Assembly (NCBI GenBank): GCA_001687465.1
Contig: LVLI01000626.1
Location: forward strand, 1-58,314
Length of the DNA stretch: 58,314 nt
Direction: 5' to 3'
Source of the DNA: Halocafeteria seosinensis
Taxonomy: Eukaryota
This document shows, piece after piece, positions 47,839-58,314 of this stretch. The position numbers and the translations under genes are program-made. Below the pieces are notes generated by a model. The model was not told where the DNA came from and searched no databases. It was given only the letters and a program-made list of their open reading frames with translations. The first letter of the stretch is position 1. Every line of letters starts with the position of its first letter.

Positions 47839-50280
47839 CTTATGGTTTCGTTTCAACACGAAAGAGCAGCAGCAGCACTACTATTCAGAAGAGCATGGGC
47901 ATCTCTTCGACACTTCAATACAGTCTCAGGGCTAGGTATCGTGGTCATAGAGTCCCTAGAAAGTGGTAACAAAGTTTGTCGCTTTACGAGGAGGATTATA
48001 CCAATCATTATAGTTTATAGTACTGGCAGGTGTAGTAATTGTATGATGAGAAATTGTATCCTTCACATCCGTATGGTAGGGTATTATAAGTTATTGGCAA
48101 CTATGGAACAGTAACCAGGTACCAGGGATATTTGCTACGCCTGCGCTTTACCGGGGGCCTTGCACAGTTCTTGGAACGGAGGCATTGGGCCTCGTTTTGT
48201 GGGTTTAAAAATCCCGGAATATCGTTTTGATATCGTATGCTACTAATCCATTCGAGTCCTGTTACGCTGCAGACTAGCGTATCCACTGTCCAGACGACAA
48301 TGTCAGGCATGCTGCCGATAACCCGCCCAAAAACACGCAGCAGTTGACCTCCTCTCGAAATTTAAAGATCTCGTCAATCTCATTGGGATTCTCATACAAG
48401 TTATTGTTATGTTACATAGTAGTCTATCAGCGCATATTTTCCCAATGCAGTGGGCGGCGCAGCGCTGGGGCCTGGTGGTCTGCGGCAGGGAGGCTCTCTC
48501 AACTCTTAGAGTCTGGCTGTGAGACAAGGGTGCCGGTAGTTTCACGGGTGAACCATTCTAAACGTGAGAGCGTAATGCGAGCATGTACAGTGGTACTCTT
48601 ACTCGAGAGTTCTCTAGGGAATCTTAGCTCCTCTGCTCACCGATGTGGTAACTCAAATACCGAGCCTAGGCGACCTAGCAGGGCTGATGTGACTTAAGTC
48701 TTGCTTGGGGAAGTTGTAGATGTGTATGGCATTTTCTTTCTTATTGATGAGTACATATTGAGAGACTCCGCGTAGACTATGTAGCGGATAGTGGGTCCTT
48801 ACGCTTTCACTCACGAGTCACCAAGAATGGTGGGTGCTTATTCGACCCTTTGAACCAATGAGTTTACACCTTCCATTGTCACACTTTTACCCCGAAATAT
48901 ACGAATTTTACTTGCTACTATGGTCGGTGCAACTTTTCTCGCGAAAAACTCTTATGATGTTGAAGGAGTGCGACTAAATAGCCCTTCGTTGAAGTACTAC
49001 CTCCATCTTACGCGGTGTTGCCGTGCCTGGTGCGGCAAGTCACCGCGCGGCCGCCGACCACGATCCGGGATAGGTGGGGCAGATGACCGTAGCCTTCTCT
49101 CCTTGGTAGGTTTGTTAGCTGTTTTGCGCCTTTGAATTGCCCGCGCTGCTTTTCGTTACTGAATTTCGCGAAGGAAGGACATCGGATCCGGATAAAGGAA
49201 ACCTACTACAATTACCTACTTTGTTTGCACCTATCTATATTCGGGAAAATACCCTCGATAGAAGGCTTCATCCTAGAGCGCTGCTGGAGGAACTTTTTTT
49301 CTTTGCTCACCCCTCTATAAACTGGCTCATAAGTAGACCTTGGTTTATTTTGAAGGATTAAAAGAGACAGCAGCCAAAGTGCAGAGGACTCTATCGTCTT
49401 TTTCGACCGGAAGAAGGCGATCGATTTGCTCATGTAAGTAGAAAAGCGCCGCAGAACTAAACGTGTTGGGACTTGGGGACAAAACAAAGAGCCGCCAGGG
49501 GTTACCGGAACCCTCCTTCCCCCATTTCTTCTCTTCGGACCTTTTTTGTAGTTTTCGGAGGAGGAGACTCCGGCAGCGGACATGGGCTTCAACAGGCTCA
49601 TTTTGTCCACTATGCGAGAGTTATTTCCCGACTAGTGGTATCAGTATAGAGATGGAAACACCCATTCTACCAGGGGATTATGTCAAGGGGGTGATACAAC
49701 ATGTGAGGGAGCTTAGTGCATGCAAAGAGAAGCGAAAGAGTGTGTTTCTTGTTTCCTGTGAACTCCACCACATATTACACACGGGAAAGGGTTTTTCCCT
49801 TCTTCCGTTCTTCGGCCTGTAGAGGTTTAAGAGTTCACTTGATGATGTCTGTTGTTGCAGAGGACTCAACGCGGAGTACGGAGGACATTATCTATTCTCC
49901 TGAAGAAGGAGGAATCAGGTGTTGAAGGACCCTCTTGGTTTTGCGGTGGCACCTTGAACCCTTTTTGTAATTTCGTTCCAAGGGAGCACGAGGGGCACCG
50001 GACAGTTTTCAAGCGACACCTGTCGTATACCAGCGAGTTTCTCTCAATAATCTCATCTCCCTGTTGTTGCGGCTTTGCGTGTGGATGGAAAGGAAGACGA
50101 TGGTGGCTTAAGCATCACCTATTCCTGTGGAATCTCTATTGTGATCTATTGACCTACTCAAGCACGGAGCGGAACGGCAGAAAAGCCTTTTGGGTACGCT
50201 TTGATTCAACGAACCAACCAACTTATTCAAGGTACTAAAGACAACCAAACGATTTGGCAGCACTGCTTACAGTATAGTAA

Positions 50281-51039
50281 ATGCCACCTAATACGGAATC
50301 CGAAATGAGTAGTGGAGCCGTAGCAGTTTTACCATCCGCAGAGGAAACCAGCACGGACTTGCGAACAACGGAAACAGCAGCGTCCTCGGATGTTCCTCAG
50401 AAACACAGGAGTAATCGAGCAACGCAGCGATCAGAGACAATCATAGTGTTTGACTGGGATGATACATTGTTATCATCGTCGTGGTTGGCACAACATGGAT
50501 TACGGTTGGATGACGATTTGACGGTACCGGAGGAGTTTGCTGTGCAGCTTAACCAATTGGGAGAAGCTGTTATCAAGACGTTGGAAAAGGCCTCGAAGTA
50601 TGGAGAAGTGGTTATCATAACGAATGCTCAAGCCGGTTGGGTTGAAAGAAGTGCCGAACGGTTCATGCCTTCTGTGCTTCCCTACATCCGCAACTTGCGA
50701 GTGTTGTCGGCCAGATCGGAGTTCGAGTCCTTATATCCGAATCAGCCTCTGGCTTGGAAGGTGGAAGCATTTCATCGTGAACTCTTTGTCTCATCGTCGA
50801 ATGGCAAATCCGAGGGACGGCGAAACGTGATATCGCTTGGAGATAGTCGCCACGAGCGAGTTGCCATTCACCGTGTGAAATCGGCGCTTCCGAGTGCATT
50901 GACGAAGAGCATAAAATTCGTTGAGCACCCGTCAATTGAGCAGCTTACACGACAGGTGGATTTGGTGAATCACTGCATGGAGGAGATCGTGCACCACAAG
51001 GGGGATCTCGATCTCATGCTCACAATTCAACTTTTGTAG
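50281..51039 (+). CDS. HAD-superfamily-like protein of unknown function (FDWDDTL family)
   Basis: Motif I IIVFDWDDTLL, motif II VIITNA, WK, motif IV ISLGDS..ER; intronless 252 aa. Confidence 0.85.
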   Translation: MPPNTESEMSSGAVAVLPSAEETSTDLRTTETAASSDVPQKHRSNRATQRSETIIVFDWDDTLLSSSWLAQHGLRLDDDLTVPEEFAVQLNQLGEAVIKTLEKASKYGEVVIITNAQAGWVERSAERFMPSVLPYIRNLRVLSARSEFESLYPNQPLAWKVEAFHRELFVSSSNGKSEGRRNVISLGDSRHERVAIHRVKSALPSALTKSIKFVEHPSIEQLTRQVDLVNHCMEEIVHHKGDLDLMLTIQLL

Positions 51040-51460
51040 GAGTGGGTAAGGATTAAAGAGGAGTTCAATTTTTGTTTTGTTTTTTCTCCTCTTTGTATCA
51101 ACTGGTGTCATCAGCCTGTCAAAATATACGGACACACATTTCACAAAATTTGTCTGGTTAGTGTATCTAAATAGTCATCCTAGGTGCTATATTTGGCGAT
51201 CGGTGTGGCATGAGAAACCAGCGTCTGTGGTCTCGTAGATGATACATGGTGGTGCTGTTGGATGTTTGAGACTGACGCGGTTTTTCTGTTGAGTAGCCTC
51301 ACGTATGGTCAGCTGAAACGAAATGTGTAGAGGTGTCGTACAGGTCCTGCGAAAGCTGTGCGTGTATTTCACACCGTCGAACTACCCACTACTGTTATTG
51401 GGTTCATGAGATCCTAAAGGAACTTTGGAGTTGGCAATAAACTCGTGCCCAAACAAAATC

Positions 51461-54143
51461 TTATCCTTTGCCGACGCTTACCTTACCCTCCCAAAAGTCT
51501 TTGAGGGTAGACTTCTGCGATGAGGAACCGAGCCCGAGTCGTTTCAGTTCCTTGTCGGCATGACTAAACGCAATGACCAGGGCTGTACAATCATCGTGTA
51601 CTTGTCGCCGGTCTTGCCGCTGTATCTGTCCTAACTGTGCCAAAGTGATGCCTCTAGCAGCAGCTGCTCCCTTCAGTGAAGCCTGGATGACTCGCTCGGC
51701 CGCGTTGGCGGGCTCCTTACCACCGATTGCCATATCTGTGATTTCCCCATCAACCCCCATATCAATACCGGCAGAATGAGGTACACCGAACCCGTAGCCA
51801 CTGCGTACACTTTCCTCAAGAACGTGGTCCACAGCCTCCTGAGACGTAACATTATCCCATATACCATCAGAAGCCAGCACTAGGTAACAGTCACCTTGAC
51901 GCAGCCGCCTAGTGGTGATGTCAGGCTCACCAGTAATGTAAGGCACATGAAGACTGTAGGGATACGTAGAAAGATGTTTGTGCTTCAAATATACATCTCC
52001 CAAGGCACGGGTGACAGCCAAAGTACCGGCGATCCGTGAAGGACCCCTGGCCCCACTGCGGTAGTCACTGGACGACAGTCGAAACGGTAGTGGGTCAGAG
52101 CAACGCTCTGTTACTAAAGCTCGTTCCTCAGGATTAGCTGCATTATGGTCCCGTGACATGCAAACGCCAACGATCTTTTTCGATGGGGCAAGGGAAAACA
52201 CATCCTGCGGATCTGTAGTAGCCAGCACCGCCCGGCAATCACCGGCATTTGCTACTGAGAGGACTCCATCTTTGACCACCGCAACTAATGCGCAACAGCC
52301 AGCATTAATGACTCCTCGAGTTTGCACTAGTCTTTGAATTCCAAATTTTTCCTTTTCCGCAGCAATGAGTTCTGCAAACTCTTCATCGCACTGCCTAAAT
52401 GCATTCTTTAAAGCACACTCTACTTGCCCTTCTCCTCCAGCCCTCGTTAAATTACTGCAAATATACGCTGCCAGCTTGTTTGCAGCGTATTTACTACATC
52501 TGTCGGTTCCATGTCCGTCTAGCACACCAAAGACGGAAGCACCGCTATCTTCATCATAGTAGGCAAAATGATGGTCCTCTGATCTTGGATTATTAGCACC
52601 ATATTGCGCTGCCACGTAAGAAGCCCTCGTTTTCGAGAAGTCGTGGATACCATTCAGCGAGGCATAGAGCAGTGAAGACGAGGGCTTATGAGTATTAACT
52701 CTTCGCAGTTGACAGGAGCCATTATCATCTCTCGCGATGTCGCTGTCGTCAAGGGAGTTTGGCCGTAGGGTTGTCTTAGACAGTTTCCGAGGATTTACTT
52801 CAGCAGAGCAACTCGATGCCCGACGTAGGGGGACCGTCGGACTTGTAGTTTGAGGAATGTAATCTAGGGTTCGTTTTGCACCTGCCATAGAAGAGGAGCA
52901 TTGATCGGAAGGTCTATGGAAGGAAACGCAGGATGCCGTACTCGTATCCGTAGGCACGTCGTTTGCATGGGTCATGCTTTTACATACGGCCTCAGGCAGA
53001 ACAAGTGACTCCGGCACTGGCGCAATGTGAATCCATGGTGTCCGGGGAGAAGTAACATCGGCCGATACTACCTTCCATGCGTCCAAGTAAACTAAGCTCG
53101 GTAAACTAAAGGGTTTACGAGCCTTCCGCATTTTCATCATGTTCGAGCCTCGCTTTCTGGTGAAGCTAGTAGCTTCGGCCTCATTCGCACTGTCACTCCT
53201 CACAAGAACAAACACTACTTTGGCAGTAATGGCACCTCTAGAGGCGTTCAGCTTTTGCCAAGCGTCATCTTCCTCTTCGTGGTGGTCAAGAACAACTGTA
53301 AGTGCAAAGCATCAGATTGTAATCAGAAAAGAATCCTACATTACGAAGGGTGTTATGTTACCTACCTAAGATCATACAGTTCGTATCCTGGGAATATGGT
53401 TGCAATTCCGCGCTGGTCTGTTCGAGGAGACCTTTGGCATCAGTTGCTTTTTGACACATTGAGTAATGACCATTAAATGCAGCAGACAGCCTTTTTGCAA
53501 TCGTAATGGCCGAATCACTAGCATTCTTTGTTACACAGCTGAAGGTCTTCTGGATGTTGTGTGCAGTCATGAGCGCCTGCAGTGTATTGAAGATTACGGG
53601 AGTAGTTCCATTGCTGTTCTTCTCTTCGTCCTGCTGGAATTTTGCAAATCGATCACAGGACTGATGCTCTCTAACAACGTAATGGGAAGCCGACAATTCG
53701 GTATCTTTATCCGTACTATGCTTTGTCCGTTTGGTGAGCTTGTCCAGGATTGTGGTTCCGTGGTAGGTGTCTTGCCCCGCACCACAGTGTTGACCACCAT
53801 CCTCGAATGACGTATCGTAAGCAGAAGAGCCATTTATATCTTGCTCAGAGGAAGTATCGCTAGTGTACGGCCTATAGATCGGTGTTGTTCCTCCGCTGCA
53901 TGCATCTTGTTCGGGGTGCTCGTCGTGCGTGGGGGTTCGTGATAGCGCTGAGGAAGTCGATGATACTTGCGTTGTTGAAGGGGACATGACATTCTCGTGA
54001 CATCGAAGCGAATTCTCTTTGGCTTCGTCTAGATCGTGCGTCGTTTTCCCCATTTTTGCCTGCTGCCGTTTCGTGTCCGAAATTCCGCAGGTTGTGTTGG
54101 TGGAAGCCGTGTTGACCCCTTGAGCGGAGAAGGCGCCGTTCAT
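51461..54143 (-). CDS. Protein phosphatase 2C with a long low-complexity N-terminal extension; intron 53365-53296; start uncertain
   Basis: SEDHH, VFGVLDGHG, VANAGDCRAVL, SRDHN, LAVTRALGD, LVLASDGIWD, HDDCT; G|GTAGGT...TTACAG| joins ORF 53358-54278 in frame with ORF 51461-53215. Confidence 0.9.
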
Positions 54144-56519
54144 ACCCAACGCACAGTTCTTGTGCCTTGAGTGAATAGTGTCAGGAAATTCAGCCCCGCG
54201 AAGGCCAATAAGTTCCAATCTGGGCTGTATGTAAATACCTCTGGGTGGAAGGACAAACAAAATTCCTTGCTCTTTCACTTGTTATGTCCCATGGTACCTT
54301 TTGAAACTTTCCTCTTTGTGTTCCGGGATTAAAAATCCACACCTCTGTCTTTCTCTCCTTGCATCGCCGCCTTATTGTCTTCCTGTGATAGGCTATAGGT
54401 AATACTTGGATCCCTTCCAGTCGTCGTTCGTTAATCAAAGCATTCCTTTGCCCAGAGACTTTGTTGCCAGGCACTGATTAGAGTCGCAAATAGCTAGTAA
54501 ATCAACAAGGCGCCTAAACGGAGGTACTCCTAGCCCTGGGGACTGTCCTGCAACTAGTGAATACTCGCAGGGAGGTGAATCGTGGTAGCGTTGAGCGCGG
54601 GGCACGACCTGAAGAGTGACAGGGGGGCTCAAAGGGAAGCTCGAAACTCCAAAAAAGGTCTTCAGCGGAATTCAAATGGGGGACCACGACTATCGTTTTG
54701 CTGTCTCTCTTTAATCCGAAAGGGGCATGCAATGCTGTATGCCAGCCTAATACGAAAGATCAAGTTAAATTGAAATAATCTCTTGAAATCTGCAAAACAA
54801 TAACATAGTTCAACACATTAAATAACGTATGCACTGGCTTCGTTACACGTCATCAACGACAAGCAGTTCGAGTTGCGGAAACGTGACCTTCCACCAAATG
54901 AAAGACGTGTGTCAATGACCACAATTCACAAAACAACAACAAAGGAAGGAAGCGGATAACAGGACATGCTCTGCTCAACTCTTGATGCAGGTGAGATACG
55001 GCAGTAAGGTGTAAAATCCGCTTCCTGAGAACTTCAGCAGCAAAAGTACACTGGCGATCCGGAAGTTACCATTCACCTTGAGCACAGTAGCGGATTCCCT
55101 TTTTTTTTCGACCCTACCTTGATGATGGTATACATAGCTACCGCATCTGCCACCCTGTCCTCGTCGAAGGCTGCTCGACGAGGTCGGTCGTGGAAGAACA
55201 TGCCGACCCATACATACATCCCCTTTCTTTCTTCCACAGCGCATACTCTTTCCATGGCTGAATCCTTTCGCTAGCTTCTTTGTTCCAAGAAGTCCGCACC
55301 TCCTAAATTCCAGATGCGGTGGCTTGATAAGTAGCTCCCTCACTCTCCCTGGGACCGTCGTAGGCTTCTCGTTCCCGAGCACCTCACCCACACATTTTCA
55401 CCCTCTTCGATACCTCTAGTATTCCTTTCGCCGAAAAGGTGATGTGATTCCGACTCTACAAGGAGCAATCGTACGATGTGTAATGTGGTGTGTTCACCCG
55501 TAGCCCGACGAAGTCAGCGAATACGTCACCGCGGTCAGACAGACACCAGCCCAATCCCACGGATACCATTCCCCACGAGGCGGATCAGGTGGTATACAAA
55601 TGCAACAGTCAGTCACACATGTAGGTAGGGGTGCGTGCATGTGTGGATGGTATCCGCTTCTTGGATATAGTCTGTAGGCAAGGCGGCTGCGCCGCCGCCG
55701 CTGGCCGGAGGTTACTAGAAGTTGACTTTATACTGCACCTTACCTTGCTACATGCACTGCACAGACACCTCCTTTATTTGTTTGGGAAAGATAGCATTGA
55801 TATGTTACAGTGCAAATTGAAACAATCATGGGCAATCTGTTTCTAATGTGTGGGACAAGAAAAGTCCGCTCGGCGGAGCGGTAAAGAAGTGAAGAACCCA
55901 TGGTGCAACCTTATTAACAAGTTATTGTCCTCGGATGATGCTTTAGTGGTCTACTAGTGGGCACGCACAGAAAATAAAAGTGATGATAACTTTATGGGTA
56001 AGGGTTGTTTGTTTGGGTTTGTCATATCTGACTGTTTCTCCGTCTACTTCAGTTGGGGGCAACTCTACCTAACCCTAAACTATGGCAACAGAAGTGCCAC
56101 AAAAAATGAAATAATGGGTTGCTGTCATGTCATGAAGCCCGTACAACGCTGGTTTACATGCACACTGCACTGGACACTCAGTGGCCGTATCGCGCTTACC
56201 AGACTTGGAACTCACTATGTTACTGAGCCGCCAGTCACTGCATGTGGGAATCCATACAGTTCAGCTACACGTCGATTTGATGATGGAACGATCGTTGGTA
56301 ATTTCGATGTCCCAACTGTGCTTGTGAGATTTCGAATCATGATCTGGGACAGCTACGGGCGTCTGACAGAAAACTCCTGTATACCCGGTTGCCTAAGGTT
56401 TAGTTGACGGATACCGCTGCCGACCTGCTGAGCCACAAAATTCACTTTAGAACGTCACCGATGTAGCCAGCACTGTCTGGGTGTTGTACTGGAAATGTTT
56501 TAGGACGCAGAGCCTAGGT

Positions 56520-56536
56520 GGTGTTTATAAAACACC
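56520..56536 (-). promoter_or_regulatory. Histone 3' stem-loop of right H4
   Basis: Minus strand ATAC-GGTGTTTTATAAACACC-ACC. Confidence 0.9.
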
Positions 56537-56592
56537 GTATGTTTGGTTTGGAAGGTTAGATACCAAAATGAATATATTCATCCAAAGGTAAC

Positions 56593-57634
<1,042 letters not shown>

Positions 57635-57669
57635 GCGCCCCAGCTATGTCAGGCTTTGGCAAAACAAAC

Positions 57670-57686
57670 GGTGTTTTATAAACACC
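57670..57686 (+). promoter_or_regulatory. Histone 3' stem-loop of H3
   Basis: AAAC-GGTGTTTTATAAACACC-ACC. Confidence 0.9.
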
Positions 57687-57948
57687 ACCATTGACTTGTT
57701 CTGTACCTATACGAACTCTCAGTAGCGTTGATGCACTCTTAAGCGAAATTGAAATCAGAACGTACGTGTCCACGCCAGCATCGACTACAATTTCTCTTTG
57801 ACTCGGATGAGACTCTTTGTCATGAAAGTGCTACGTAACATTTATTCAACAGGCAAACTATGGTAACTATTTATGGTTGATGGCAAATCATCATTCTATT
57901 CAATATACCCAACAATCACAGCCTTCCAATTATTTGATTAAATATGGT

Positions 57949-57965
57949 GGTGTTTAAAAAACACC
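57949..57965 (-). promoter_or_regulatory. Histone 3' stem-loop of H2B
   Basis: Minus strand AAAC-GGTGTTTTTTAAACACC-ACC. Confidence 0.9.
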
Positions 57966-58007
57966 GTTTGAATTGTCAGCTAACGACTGACGCTCGAGCA
58001 TAGTACC

Positions 58008-58314
58008 TTAGGCAGAGGTGAACTTAGTCACAGCTTTGGTCCCTTCAGAAACAGCATGCTTGGCAAGTTCACCGGGGAGAACCAACCGAACAGAGGTCTG
58101 GACTTCTCGGCTGGAAAGAGTGGCCTTGCTGTTGTAACGGGCAAGGCGACCAGCTTCGTTGCACAGTCTCTCGAACACGTCGTTGATGAATGAGTTCATG
58201 ATGCTCATGGCCTTCTTGGAGATACCAGTCTCAGGGTGGATCTGTTTCAGCACACGGTAGATGTACGTGGAGTACGTTTCTACTCGTTTCTTGCGGCTTC
58301 CGGTACTTTTCTTC
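58008..58314 (-). CDS. H2B: Histone H2B, 5'-truncated by the window edge
   Basis: [35 protein letters not shown]...[23 protein letters not shown]. Confidence 0.99.
   Translation of the reverse strand, partial: KKSTGSRKKRVETYSTYIYRVLKQIHPETGISKKAMSIMNSFINDVFERLCNEAGRLARYNSKATLSSREVQTSVRLVLPGELAKHAVSEGTKAVTKFTSA

Noticed and set aside
48230..48290. TTCGAGTCC resembling a tRNA T-loop
   Set aside because: No T-stem, acceptor stem or D-arm can be built around it
49838..49905. C/D snoRNA candidate (TGATGA...CTGA)
   Set aside because: No good terminal stem or C'/D' boxes, and no rRNA complementarity that I could recognise

Overview
Gene-dense eukaryotic nuclear DNA with short GT-AG introns (mostly 61-140 nt). 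The histone sequences and an axonemal dynein suggest a flagellated protist, probably a stramenopile (inference). Two histone loci bracket the window: H4 plus an intron-containing H1 on the left, and H4/H3/H2B on the right. Between them are SF3B3, a CAP-Gly/coiled-coil/CKK protein, an RBX1-like RING-H2 gene, HGH1, RPS3A, serine palmitoyltransferase LCB2, a ~2000-aa Thr/Ser-rich membrane mucin, an inner-arm-type dynein heavy chain, XPO1, RPS15A, a DWDDT HAD-like protein and a PP2C. Most notable: (1) all four core-histone genes end in the same 17-nt variant of the histone stem-loop, with no shared downstream element; (2) one protein appears to join a plus-end-type CAP-Gly domain to a minus-end-type CKK domain; (3) both ribosomal-protein genes have unusually long, structured 5'-UTR introns, the RPS15A one with mutually exclusive pairings; (4) the RBX1-like protein has lost the third zinc site. 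I recognised no rRNA, tRNA, CRISPR array or intact mobile element. All splice sites and RNA pairings were read by eye and need confirmation.
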